64,000 nucleotides of DNA. Source: Mustelus asterias (taxonomy: Eukaryota). Shown one piece after another: positions 51,001-64,000 of this stretch; within the stretch, counting starts at the first letter, position 1; every line of letters begins with the position of its first letter. The stretch covers positions 33,170,001 through 33,234,000 of the forward strand of contig NC_135812.1 of NCBI RefSeq assembly GCF_964213995.1, given 5' to 3'. A program made the translations under genes and the position numbers. Under the pieces are notes generated by a model. The model made no database searches and was not told the DNA's origin. It saw nothing but the letters and a program-made list of their open reading frames with translations.

Positions 51001-51771
51001 ACCTCCTTGGGTGTCCCGGCAAACATTTTAATATGTTTGTCCTTGCATTTGCATGCTTCCAGTTTTCTGTAACCTCGACAATTATCCTGCTCAGTAACTA
51101 TGACCCCCAATTAACCATTCACAGCCTCAATATCATATTTTACTCTGAGATGAGCTTTCAACCAAATATCCATGCCGTCACCAAGACTGCCCTATTTCCA
51201 TCTCTGTAATACTGCCTAACACATTTGCTGAAACTCTCCTCCATGCCTTTACTACCTCCTGACTTGATTATTGTGACACACCACTGGCTGGTCTCTCATA
51301 TTCTACTCATTAAACCTTAGCTCGTCCAAAATTCTTGCTACCCATATCCTGAATTGCATCAAACCCATTCACCCATCTTCCCTGAAGTTGACTGGCTCCC
51401 AGTTAAATAATGCCTCAAGTTTAAGATTTTTGTATAATTTTCAAATACATCCACATAAAATCCAGTGCATGTTGGAAATCTGAAATAAAAACCGAAAATA
51501 CTGGAAATACAGAGCAGGCAACCTGACCTCCTGAGTGTTTCCTACACTTTTTGTTACTTCCTCCTCATCTTCCATGTACTTTCTTACAACAGCATTATCC
51601 AGCCCAATGTCTTTATCTGATCCCCAACGAGAATGTCTTGCTAAAGTTGAATGTTTGCATTCATCCTCTTTTCCATTATATGCCTTACTTTAGGAGCTAC
51701 CAGGGTTGAGTCACTTGCTGCAATGCTACCTGGCTGACTGGCTGTACTATTGTAATTATGTTTCTATACAG

Positions 51772-51911
51772 AGCATTATCTGCAACTTCTTATAACAGCA
51801 GGGAGGATAGCTGGTTTAAATCGCTATTTGTTAGAAAGGTGGATCCACGTAAAGATGCTCATTCAAACTTGCTATCTAAAAAGGAAACCAGCAGCCTGTA
51901 CAAAATTCAGT
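51772..51911 (+). CDS. NIPSNAP2: NIPSNAP2 exon 2
   Basis: 140 nt, AG/GT flanked; [46 protein letters not shown]. Confidence 0.95.
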
Positions 51912-51999
51912 GTAAGTATTTACAGTATTTTTAATGTCTTAAGGAATGTGCATTATTTTCACATTGTTTCCATGTATAATTTTAAAAATTTCTTTCCAG

Positions 52000-52045
52000 T
52001 TCACAACGTAAAGCCAGAATGCCTGGAGGCTTACAACAAACTTTG
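52000..52045 (+). CDS. NIPSNAP2: NIPSNAP2 exon 3
   Basis: 46 nt, AG/GT flanked; FHNVKPECLEAYNKLC. Confidence 0.95.
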
Positions 52046-53078
52046 GTAAGACTTTAAAAAATCTGATGTCTTTTCAGCTCTTTTGCCTAAAGAAAGGTAA
52101 CCTTTGATTTATCTGGAATACACTTATTATTCATTTTGGTTTCTCCTGTTTAATTTTTTTAAAAAGCCTCACACTATGCCATATTAATCTGTACAATGAA
52201 TTTCATAATACGATGCCATAATACAATACTTTTTAAAAATCCTTATGACTGACACCAGTGGCATTTCTTTTAACTTTACAATAGTAACCTTGAAATTGTT
52301 TTATAATTATTTTAGCTATGAAGATGAGATATTTATGAAGTAGGATCTCTTTAAGAAAATGGTTTAGTAACCTTATTCCATGAGTGAATGTGAAAAACTT
52401 GACCTTTAGTCGACTCAGTTTAAGCTTTGACAGTCCAATATCTAAAATTAGATAAACATAACTTTATTTTGACAAAAGTAATGCGATCAGCATGTACTAA
52501 CCTAAAGTACGTTAGTAAAAATCATGGGAACTTTATAAAGACATCACTATAACATTTTATAATGCTATAAACTGAAAACAAAGGGCCTTGTCTATTACCA
52601 AGGTAAATTATTGCCCCTCATCCTTCTCAACATGTGTGCAGTCCTTAAAATTGTTGACCACTGCATCCTCCCAATGTCTTTACTGCAATCCAGCTAGGTG
52701 AGAGTGTGCTTTTTGATTCATTTTTATCTTCCAACCAAAGCCAAGAAATCATGCCTAATGGTATCTCTTACAGCTTAAGCACCATTATATTTGGTGTTGT
52801 CCAAGGATTTCCTCTCTCCTCTCCTCTCCTCCACCCAACAACATCATCCAAAATATCAAGTCAGTTTTCACATGTATGCTGATGGGACTCAGCCCACTGT
52901 AATCTCCTCTTGCCTTACAACCGTCCTTAGTTATCTGGGCTCCTGTAATTGTGGCCTTTGGCATACCTCCAATTTTAATTGCTCCACTGTTGGTGGCCTT
53001 GCTTTCTTGTGTCTAAGCCCTAAGCTTTGCAATTCCCACCCTAAACCTGTCTCTCTACCTGACCTTTTTTCTTTAATC

Positions 53079-53272
53079 ATAGAAATCATAGAAACCCTAC
53101 AGTACAGAAAGAGGCCATTCGGCCCATTGAGTCTGCACTGACCACAGTCCCACCCAGGCTCTACCCCCATATCCCTACATATTTACCCACTAATCCCTCT
53201 AACCTACGCATCTCAGGACACTAAGAGCAATTTTTAGCATGGCCAATCAACCTAACCCGCACATCTTTGGAT
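53079..53272 (-). mobile_element. HE1-type SINE 3' half inside an L2-like remnant
   Basis: tagaaaccctacagtacagaaagaggccattcggccc...caacctaacccgcacatctttgga. Confidence 0.75.
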
Positions 53273-55150
53273 GTGCAAAAGACGCTTCTTAAAACCTACA
53301 TCTTTGACCAAATGTTTGGTCGCCTGCACTACTATTTCCTTTTGTGGATTAGCATCATATTTTGTTTGAGATGCTCATGTGAAGCACCTTGGATATTTAA
53401 TCACATTAAAGGTTCTATATAATAATGTACAAGGTGTTCTATTTTCTGTCAACAACAGCTTTATCTGCATCAGGAATGTTTGCTTGTATCAAAAACAACA
53501 TTGAAGGCAGTCAGCAAGTCAGGCAACATCCATTGGGAAAACACAAGACTGTTTCAGGTATAAACATTTCTTAGAACCCTTCACCTGACTGCTGTTTTCT
53601 GGACAGATGTTGCCTGATCTGCTGAGTGTCTCCTGCCTTTTCTATTTTAGTTTCAGATTTCAGCATCTGTGATAGTTTTCTTGTAATGCTTACTTTGTTT
53701 GGTTAGAGTCAAAATAATTGTAATCTTTGTTCTATCCATCCTTGGGCACTTCTATATCATTTGTTTTGAGATTAGTTTTGTGTCATTGGAAAGGGCCTTC
53801 TTCAATACATCACAAACCCATTTATCAACACAGCTTACTTGATATTCAAAAGATACATATTCGTGAGTTGATGTAGTTCAACATTCAAATGATGACTTCA
53901 CCGTTTCAGCATTAAGTTAGTAACCAATCAGTTGCATAGTTGGAAGCTTGGGTGGAACTGTTAATTTTGTTTGTAAGTAGCTTTTGTTTTTAATTTCATT
54001 TAATACAAGTGATTATTTTTTATTTTACATTCTTCCTTTAAAGTTTGATTTCATTTTAAGTTTTTGCCCATTCTCTGAATTGCTGGTAGTCAGAGAGCTG
54101 GACGTGGCCCTTGTGGCTAAAGGGATCAAGGGGTATGGAGAGAAAGCGGGAGTGGGATACTGAAAGTGCATGATCAGCCATTATCATACTGAATGGCCTA
54201 CTACTACACCTATTTTCTATGTTTCTATGTTAAAGGGACTAACTGAATTATGGGTCCCAGAAATAAAACTAGCACTCCAGAAAGATGAAAACAGTTACTA
54301 GACACATTAGTGCCTACCTGTATTCATTCGGTAATGTAACCCCCTATACCACTGCTTGGAATGTAAAAAAAGGCCTGGACCAATTTCAGGAAATGTTCTG
54401 AGAAATGTTATATTTCCAAACCACATTGAATACAACACATTGAGTTGCTTAATCAACATTCTGTCAAGTAAATAAGAGCAGGTCCAAAAAATAATTCTAA
54501 TAGCAAATAACAATGCTGAACTCAAAGCATGGTGTGTAAATTATTAAGCAGAACGAAGAGCTTAAGTTTATTTTGTTACTAATTTCGGGTCTGCACTAGA
54601 AATCCTCATGTGTCAAATAGGTAAAAATCCTGAAATGTGACACCATGGAAGGGCTGGGTGACTTTGAGACAACCAATCCATTTTCTCACAACATTTGTTT
54701 AGGTCAATCGAGCAGTTTTATTGGATGTGGGTACGTGGATCAAAGCATGATGATAGATGCATTAAGTAGACAAGAGACTCGCATTATTACTATAAATTTG
54801 TTCTTTGATTATGTAGGAAAGCTGAGGTAATCCCTCTAATGTTATATTAGAAATTAATTATCAAATCAATTGAATCTTCCACATCTACTTTGAAAGTTAA
54901 TTTTATGATGGAATCTCATGAGAATTTGGCAGAGCGTCAGTTTGTGTGAGAAAACAGATGTGGAACTCTGCAGCTCCACCGGTTTTCTCTCTGGACCTGG
55001 CAACTAACTGCAAAAAAAGTGAGTGTGGTTTGCGCTGTCAGCCTGAAGAGGCAGGGATTCTTAGAGCCGGGAACCAGGAGATCAAGGGTGCGCACTCCCC
55101 CACCTCAAGTAGTAAAATACCTGAAATAAACACCTGTTTCTTCTTTACAG

Positions 55151-55245
55151 CATAGAGGTACTACCAAAAGTTCATATAGATGAAAACTACCCATGTGAAC
55201 TTGTGGGGACGTGGAACACGTGGTATGGAGAGCAGGATCAAGCTG
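55151..55245 (+). CDS. NIPSNAP2: NIPSNAP2 exon 4
   Basis: 95 nt, AG/GT flanked; [31 protein letters not shown]. Confidence 0.95.
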
Positions 55246-55901
55246 GTATGAATATTAATATCACAGAATAACAAGGCATTGTTTATTAGTCACTGTTAGA
55301 AATGGGAATTTCTTATAGTTGTATAGTGCTCAAATTACATTTTCTGTATTAAATTATTTTATTTCCTTGTTGCCAATTGAAATTATACCTTGAATATGAG
55401 TGGTATTTCGTTTTAGATACGTAAACTATCCTGTAATTTTGGTTTTCGACCTTTATTTTGTTTACATGTTAATATATAATAACTCTGAAGTTATCTGTTG
55501 CTTGTCACGGAATGTTAAAGTCAACCTTTAAATCTTTATGCCAACTTCCATTATGTGACATTCAGCAAATCTTCTGACTTCCTTTGAAAATCAATGTGCT
55601 CAGAACCGGCTTTGTGTCTGATCATATATCTGTAAGTAGTATACATACAAAGGTAATGAGTGGCTTCATCTCTTGATTCTTGAGCATGGCACCGGTCTAG
55701 GAGATAATTCGTTGTTCTACTAGCCAAGAATTAAATCTTCACTTTGTGTGCAGTATCTAAAAATTTTTTTAAAAGCATATTCATTGTCCACCTAGTATTT
55801 TCATTAGCTCGAAACCAGAACACAAGAGATAGTGCACAGTGACTCACAACATGAAATAGAGAAGACTTGCTATTCTGTTATCCTATTTCTGTCTTTTTCA
55901 G

Positions 55902-55972
55902 TCCACCTCTGGAAGTATAGTGGAGGTTACCCCACGCTTACCGAGGTGATGAGTAAGCTCAGACAAAATAAG
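55902..55972 (+). CDS. NIPSNAP2: NIPSNAP2 exon 5
   Basis: 71 nt, AG/GT flanked; VHLWKYSGGYPTLTEVMSKLRQNK. Confidence 0.95.
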
Positions 55973-57979
55973 GTAACACCATTAAAAGGGTGTATTATAG
56001 TTCTAACAAAATGATGGAAGATCTTGTTTATATAGTCTTCTACTTTGAATAATACTTCCATAATATGTATTGTTGCCTATATATTTACTAGGGCAGGCAA
56101 ATAAAAGTGAGAATGAGAGTTTAGTTTTGGCTTCATGTTTATATTTCATCTGTTTTAAAGGGAATTGAAAATTCAATTGTAAAATGTCAGGAGAACATTT
56201 TTCTGAAATGATACAGTTTTAGCATGGCAACAGATGTTTGGCAGGATAAGGAAATAGCAAAATTACTAGATACTGCAGAGTTTGGAAGTCAAATTAGCCA
56301 ACATTGTGCAGAATGGAGCGAAATTGCAAACTACATATTTTTTTTTAAATTAAGCTTTTACTTCTGAGATGCATTTAAAAGAAACCTTCATCGGAGGCTG
56401 CAGCGTCCGTTATAAATACATTATGTCCTTTGCAATAAGAATTGGCCTTTCCAAGAAGCAATTTCTTTTTCCAGAACAAAGATTTTAAAGTTGTAATATT
56501 TCGACATGCATAGGAGTAATGTTAATTCAATTGCTGTTGGAGGTTAGAAAATTTTCAAGAGATATCTGGAAGGCTGACTATTTTGTAGATGGATGTAGAA
56601 AACAGACAACAGCTTCCAATATATGCTTCCAAAGGCATATGGTAATCATGGCCGGCTATGGCATCAGGTTCATTTCTTATCAGAGACATTTGATAATTTT
56701 TTTAAATAACTTGATTATCAGATTTAGGGTGCTCTTTTGATTACCTATTTAATTGCTGATTCATTGTTTCTCCTCCATTTGACACCTCTACTAATTTGAT
56801 CAACGCCTGCTATGAAATGATGGAACATTGATAGCATAAGTTCTTTAAATAAATGGAAGAAGGAAACATTGTAAAAAAAAAATGAAATTGTGATGCACTG
56901 CATCCAACATGAATGTAGGTGATTTGTCTTTATTATGTGAATACTTCTAGATTCTAAAAGGATTCCCGGTATTTCATTGTATGTGCTATAACGTGAGGGT
57001 TTTAGGCATCTTATTTTTCAATTTCAAGGAGATGGACTTGCATCAGCAACTATGGCCAGACGTAATTAGTAAATTATTTCTGTAATAATGTACGTCTGAC
57101 AGGCAATAATTCAATTTATTTGACTTCTCATAAACCATTACCATACAATTTGATAGTCTAGTAATGTATGAGACTTGGAGGAACAGATATCTCAGATGGA
57201 TTTGCAGAAGTAGGAAGGGCAAAACCTTGGAAGTATTTGAAAACAAGAGTAAGAATTTTACAATTGAAATGTAAGGCCAGGAGGCATTGTGGCTCAGCAA
57301 GCATAGGAGTGATGGGTGAATAAGACTTGGTGCAATATAGCACTTGAGCAGCAGAGTTTTAGATGAGCTCCAGCTGGAAGGTGGGAGTCTGATTCTGAGA
57401 GCTTTGAGATTGGAACGTCTAGAGGTAACAAAGGAATGAGATGAGGCCTGGTGTTACGGAGCTGGAAATAGGTGGTCTTGATGGTGGAGTGAATATGTGC
57501 TCATCTTGGGATTAAATGCAACACTATTGTAGAAAACAGTCTGGTTCAGCCTAAGACAGTTGCCAAGGAGATTGATGGAGTTGGGCTAGGGAATGGAAGG
57601 ACCAAAGGCATGGAGGACATTTCTGCTCATCCAGTAAAGGATATGATGCAAGCAGTGTGACAAATTAGAGATGTTGGGCAGGTCAAGAGAGGTGATGGTG
57701 AGGTAGAGCTTGGTGTTATCAATGTACTTATAAAACTTAAAGTTGTATTTTAGTTTATGTCACTGATGGGGCAACACATAAATGAGAAATAGGAGGGTGC
57801 TACAGACAGATCCTTGGAGTACTCCAGAGTGATGGTGTGTGGGTGAAAAGAACAGCCATTGCTACAGGTGATTCTCTGGTAAGACTGTGTAGATTTGTTT
57901 AGATGTAGTGAACAACAAAAGCTACTTTCATTTAGATAGTGCCTTTAACATAGTCAAACATCCCTCGGTGCATCACTAC

Positions 57980-58920
57980 TATAAATGATTTGGAAGAAGG
58001 TGTAACTGGTGTAATCAGCAAGTTTGCGGATGACACGAAGATGACTGGACTTGCGGATAGCGAAGAGCATTGTCGGGCAATATAGCAGGATATAGATAGG
58101 CTGGAAAATTGGGCGGAGAGGTGGCACATGGAGTTTAATCCGGATAAATGCGAAGTGATGCATTTTGGAAGAAATAATGTAGGGAGGAGTTATACAATAA
58201 ATGACAGAGTCATCAGGAGTATAGAAACACAGAGGGACCTAGGTGTGCAAGTCCACAAATCCTTGAAGGTGGCAACACAGGTGGTGAAGAAGGCATATGG
58301 TATGCTTGCCTTTATAGGACGGGGTATAGAGTATAAAAGCTGGAGTCTGATGATGCAGCTGTATAGAACGCTGGTCAGGCCACATTTGGAGTACTGCGTC
58401 CAGTTCTGGTCGCCGCACTACCAGAAGGACGTGGAGGCGTTAGAGAGAGTGCAGAGAAGGTTTACCAGGATGTTGCCTGGTATGGAGGGTCTTAGCTATG
58501 AGGAGAGATTGGGTAAACTGGGGTTGTTCTCCCTGGAAAGATGGAGAATGAGGGGAGATCTAATAGAGGTGTACAAGATTATGAAGGGGATAGATAGGGT
58601 GAACAGTGGGAAGCTTTTTCCCAGGTCGGAGGTGACGATCACGAGGGGTCACGGGCTCAAGGTGAGAGGGGCGAAGTATAACTCCGATATTAGAGGGATG
58701 TTTTTTACACAGAGGGTGGTGGGGGCCTGGAATGCGCTGCCAAGTAGGGTGGTGGAGGCAGGCACGCTGACATCGTTTAAGACTTACCTGGATAGTCATA
58801 TGAGCAGCCTGGGAATGGAGGGATACAAACGATTGGTCTAGTTGGACCAAGGAGCGGCACAGGCTTGGAGGGCCGATGTGCCTGTTTCCTGTGCTGTACT
58901 GTTCTTTGTTCTTTGTTCTT
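57980..58920 (+). mobile_element. 5'-truncated CR1, same young family as the full-length copy
   Basis: Protein nearly identical to the C-terminus of ORF 33747-36671 (both end GMEGYKRLV), with the same 3' UTR and (tgttctt)n tail. Confidence 0.95.
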
Positions 58921-59968
58921 ATGCTCCAAACGTAATTTAACGCCAGGCTCCCAAAAGGATAGTCAAAAAAAATCAATTTTAATTATATCTTAAAGGAGAA
59001 AAGAGAAATAGAAAGGCAGAATAGTTTTGAAGGAAGTGCAGAGCTTGAGGCTTAGGCAGCTGAGGGTTTGTCCACCAATGATAAAGCAGTTAAAATTATG
59101 GGTGTGTAAAAGGCTGGAATTGGAAGAGTGAAGAGATCTTCAGGTGTATGAGCATAGTTTGGTTTGGATCCTAAGTATGAATACCAATGACCTGATTTAT
59201 TATTTTATGATACACAATAAAGACATTTCACTCTTTTAAAAAATCCTGAAAAAAGTTTGCCATTTTCTTGGATGAATTTTCCCTGATATTTATTTGCTTT
59301 ATGCTAAAACAGGGTAATGATTACTCATTTAGCCATTTTGGAGTAGCAATATTTGTTGTTAAAAGTTCATATGTGGGCTCTTATTTTTTTAAATTCTCTC
59401 TCCAGCTACTTGACTGGGTTCGCAGTATCTGTTGCACTGCTGTTAGTCTGGAAGCAGGTTATCCCCTTTGTTGCTTTTGGACTGTTGTCTGGGGTGACAG
59501 CAGATTGATTTAACACCTTCAATTAGATTTTATTCTGTACTGTTAGATAATAATTCAATATCTTCAGAAACTGGTATTTGGATGAAAATAACTTTTTAAG
59601 CTACATTATCAAAGGAAGCATTAAATGATCATTTTGGTAGAAGGCACCAAGTTCAGTATCTCCATTAAATTAGTTTACAATAAATTCCTTTGCTGTTGTA
59701 AGATGTCAGATTTGGCAGTGACTGTTTAATGAATAGAAATTTTTAGATATGAGAACTGACTTTCTAAGGCTACTTATGTCATTGTGAATAGCATATTTTC
59801 TTTGTGTACATTAGAGCAGCTGGGTATTACTCTAGAAAAATAGGCTTGGTGCAATGTGATTCTCCTGTATTCAGTATCACATTAATAGCAGGAAACTTTT
59901 CTGATTACTAGACTAGTATGAAAAGTTAACTTTCCTGCTAGTGAAATAAATACCTTTTTATTTTTCAG

Positions 59969-60109
59969 GAGTTCATGGAGTTCAGGAAGGAAAGGGGTCA
60001 AATGCTGCTGTCTCGAAAAAACCAATTGCTTTTGGAGTTCAGTTTCTGGAATGAGCCAGTACCTAGGTCAGGACCTAATATTTATGAACTCCGATCCTAC
60101 CAGCTCAGG
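59969..60109 (+). CDS. NIPSNAP2: NIPSNAP2 exon 6
   Basis: 141 nt, AG/GT flanked; [47 protein letters not shown]. The EPVPRSG and RSYQLR stretches favour NIPSNAP2 over NIPSNAP1. Confidence 0.95.
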
Positions 60110-62380
60110 GTAAGAAACATGTTCTTCTTGTATTTATTTTTTTGTATGTATTCTGATAATAGTTTTGTCAGAATTTACCCACTACCACATTTCCAATCAA
60201 TTTGAAATGTGGTAGTGGGTAAACCCAACTGAAATACATCAATATTTTGGGCTTGTGATTTGAGAATGCAATAATAATTTCCCAATTGCAACATAAAATG
60301 GCGAACAAAGCAAAATCTACGACTTATGGTAAGTTAAGTGGACTTATTAGTGTCACATGTACTCTGCCCCCTGGTTGTTTCTCCACTCTTTTTTCCCAAG
60401 CTAGAATTTAAATTCTGTCTCCTTTCTCATGCTTGACCATTTGCCTCTATGCATCCTGAAACTGGTTGTTGGTGCATGCTTTTTTCTAACTATAAAAGGA
60501 GAAATTTTAAGGGCTATAAGGAAAGAACGAGGAATGATCATCATATATTTTTTCAAAATTATAAATATTATTTAAACTGTTGGACACAATGGTAGTTTTA
60601 ATGTCCCCTTCACCGAAACATCAATTAAAAAGAATTAAAAGTAAAAAGAAATGAAATCAATGGTGAAAGCAGAGAGGACCTGCAATGCACCACAAAAGAT
60701 GAAAGGCTGTTGAAATTTCCTTTTGAACTCTAAATTAACTTTCTTACCCATATAACTGGAAGACAAAAGAAAATTCTCGCCAGAAACAATGGCATTAACC
60801 TAGTAAGTGAAATCTGCTGGAGCCTTGCAAGATTATGATGAGGTAAATAATGGATGATGATGCACGGATATTGCAGGAAGAATTAAAAGGAAGATGAGAG
60901 AAAGTTTCTTCAGATGGAAGATTTGAAAATGTGGAATTCTTTGCTGCAGACCGCTGTTGAAGCAAAGTTCCTACATTTTTCTAAAATAGAATTGGACAAT
61001 TGCTTAAAAAATGGTAATATTAAAAGGGTGTGAGCTGCAAGCACAAGTGTGCAATTCAGTTAGGTGGCTGATGTGGATAAAAACATGAGGGTCCTGTACA
61101 GTAATATTTTGTTTCTAATTTGGGCTGCCCATACTTTTATTTCATGGGACACATTGGTGCACACCATGGAAACTTGGGGTCTCACAAAGTTTAAGTGCAG
61201 TGGCCCTGTTAATTGAATACATTTCAACTTGAATTATTAGTGTTCTGATAATATTTATCATTATTAGAGGCAACAGTTCAAAATGAACTTCTTTCTAAAC
61301 CTCGAGTTCCATGAAATGCAGAGGGGGAACCTGGAGATAAAACTGAGTTACCTGACTTTAAGGGCTGATTGCCAAGCTTGTGCCCAGATGTAGTTTGAAC
61401 ATCAAGACCTATTACTTCCCACATTCCATTTCAAAGACAAATCTTTCCTTCTGGTCTGTTCATTCTTCCCCAAGACAACTTGGCACTTAGCCAAGTAGCT
61501 GACAATTTTAGTCTCATCTCCATAACCAAGTGCAATACATCTTTCTATTCTTTTACAAATGTTTTGACTTTGGCCACAATATTCTGCAATTAGTTTCAAT
61601 GTTTCAGATTAAATAGCAGACAAAGGAATTTAATGTGAATCCTGCATTCATACAGTCTTTGCACATCATGAATTGAGAATGAGATTTGATTTTTTTTTAA
61701 ATACAGCAAACTTTGGAGTGCTGATTCCATCTACCCGCAGGTAGAAACAATGCCTAGGCAAATTGAGACAGTATTTTCCATGTTTGCCAAATATACTACT
61801 CTGGGTTCTGAATAATTGAGCTCTGAATAATGATCTTCAGCTTTACCAGGTTTTGCCATCTGGGATATGCACAGTCATGCAAAATTAGAATTTAGGTAGG
61901 AGGGATTTTCTGTAGCTGGTTTCAAGGCTAAACATTTAAGCAGGAATGTAAAATTATATTGGGTTTCACAAAGTCTTTGTAGAATTTCACATCAAACTCT
62001 TTGAAGCAACATTACCATGAAGGAAATGGAAATGTGGGAAGAATCAAATGAAGGAAAACCCACATTGTGTTTTATGAGCTATTTTTATTTACCTTCTGAT
62101 TATAAAGATAGGAAAAATTCTTAAAAACAACAAAAAATCTTTGTGTAAATAAATCGTTTTGGTCGTATGAATAAAAGGGCAGAATATTTTTTTCAAAACT
62201 TGATATTCAAAGAGACTTGTCTGTGTTTGTACAAGGAAAGCAAAAAGTTAGTAAATAAATAAGCAAAACAAATCATAACACATTTACTGTCTGAAAAATT
62301 ACTGAAAAACTGAGATCTTGTTGCATAATATTTGTAAACTCTGTTTTGATTGTTGTTTAATATTGGTATCATTTTTCCAG

Positions 62381-62412
62381 CCAGGAACAATGATTGAATG
62401 GGGTAATAACTG
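62381..62412 (+). CDS. NIPSNAP2: NIPSNAP2 exon 7
   Basis: 32 nt, CAG/GTGAGT flanked; PGTMIEWGNNW. Remaining exons lie beyond the window. Confidence 0.93.
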
Positions 62413-63039
62413 GTGAGTGGCATATTAATGCTTTTGTACAATTTATCCTGCTTTAAGTACAGTGTGACGATTTCATTGTAAGATTATTTGCCAGTGATGG
62501 ATTGAGAGTATGGTTCCATTAACCCTTTACATCTGAAATCACTAATGGATATCCCCATCTGTTTTCATCAGAAAAGCTGACATTCTTAACTTTACACATT
62601 CTCTGTTCCCCAACCTTCAAAACTGTTCCTTTTAGGGAAAATAAAGGTTATCCCTTCCTGAAAAAGTGTCTCTTTAACTCCTGCATTTTCTCCCCTGCCA
62701 CTCACGGTGTATTCTCTCTCTAATGTTTATGAACCAGTTGAGCACTTCTGTGCTTAACTTTCCCACTTCTGCCTGACTGAAGCTCTCTGTCTGTGCCACA
62801 TGTTACCAGTAAAGCCCCATGTCACCAGCTGTTATCCATCCTGCCCATCACAACTGCTCTAAGATCTTTCTGTTGGTCACTGTCATAGGATAACCCTCTC
62901 TTGGTTCCGCTTCTAGTTCGTCCAGAGTAGCTATCGCATTTCTAGTAGTAGCTGCTCCTGTCATCCCACCATGAACTCAGGAACATCTTGTCCTGGTTTA
63001 TATCTCACTCATCAGCAACTTTATCTATAGTTTTGTGGT

Positions 63040-63760
63040 CAGCTTTGATATATATGCTGGCAGCAAATGGCTCTATTTCCCTGGAGTATAATATAGGAAA
63101 GTGTGAAGTTCGTTTTGGTCGTATGAATAAAAGGGCAGAATATTTTTTTCAAAACTTGATATTCAAAGAGACTTGTCTGTGTTTGTACAAGGAAAGCAAA
63201 AAGTTAGCATGCAGGTACAGCAAGCAATTGGGAAGGCAAATGGCATCTTAGTCTTTATTGCAAAGAGATTGGAGTGCAAAAATAAATAAGTCTTCCTACA
63301 GTTATACGGGTCTTTGGTGAGACTGCATCTGGCGTACTATGTGCAGTTTTGGTCTCCGCATTTAAGAAATGATATACTTGCATTGGAGGTTGTACAGCAT
63401 AGGCTCACTGAACTGCTCCCTGGTATGCGGGTGTTGTCCTATGATGAGTGGTTCAGTAAACTAAGTTTAATTCTCTGGAGTTTAGCAGAACGAGAGAAGA
63501 TGTTATTGAAACCTACAAAATCTGAGGGGGCTTGATAGGATGGAAGCTGAGATTTTTTTTGCTGGTGTGGGACATATTCTCAGGATAAGTAGCTGATCAT
63601 TTAGCAATGAGATAAGGAGAAACTGCAAAGATTCACTCAAGTGTGGTGAATCTTTGCAGATTTCTACCCCAGAGGGTTGTGATTGCTCCATCATTGAATA
63701 CACGTAAGGCTGGGTTAAACAGATTTTGGTGTCTATTCCTGCTCTTATTCCTTGTGTTCT
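63040..63760 (+). mobile_element. Old degenerate CR1 3' fragment
   Basis: EYNIGKCEV, LVRLHLAYYVQFWSPHLRND motifs with frameshifts and stops. Confidence 0.85.
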
Positions 63761-64000
63761 CTCACGGCCAGTGACTCCATGAACAACGCCCACTAGTGAT
63801 GTCCGCATCCTATGATTGAATGAAAAAAAGAACTCACGGCATTTTAATCATGAGTTTCAGATCCAACATCCTATCCAACATCTAGGCTGCTGACTTTCGC
63901 CTCTGCTTTATGACTTGAGTCTGCCCTTGTTTCAGTCCCTGACCCACTGGAAACCCTTCAATTTAATATTAACTTTTGAAAGTGAGTTGGTTATGTACTT

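Overview
Vertebrate nuclear DNA, most likely from a shark or other elasmobranch (HE1-type SINEs, HER1/CR1 LINEs, Deu-domain SINEs, Penelope elements). Three spliced genes can be reconstructed with canonical GT-AG boundaries: the 5' part of an NF2/merlin-like gene on the minus strand (coding exons 1-4, continuing past position 1), a complete MRPS17 on the plus strand, and NIPSNAP2/GBAS exons 1-7 on the plus strand (continuing past the window end). The rest is mostly transposable elements: a full-length CR1 LINE with two open ORFs, a disabled Penelope element (RT plus GIY-YIG), several short Penelope hairpins carrying hammerhead ribozyme motifs, SINEs, and a C-rich minisatellite. Most notable: (i) a ~290-bp insertion headed by U2 snRNA nt 1-40, whose empty site survives in a nearby inverted duplicate; (ii) an in-phase U_UUA_AAC -1 frameshift heptamer at the CR1 ORF1/ORF2 junction, where ORF2 has no usable AUG; (iii) covarying hammerhead motifs and repeated use of the same target sites by Penelope elements; (iv) an exact 98-bp intron-to-intron copy flanked by a 10-bp target duplication; (v) an NF2 paralogue next to NIPSNAP2, mirroring the human NF2-NIPSNAP1 pair. 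All calls were made by eye from the sequence and recalled family knowledge; no searches were run, and repeat boundaries are approximate unless a target duplication is quoted.
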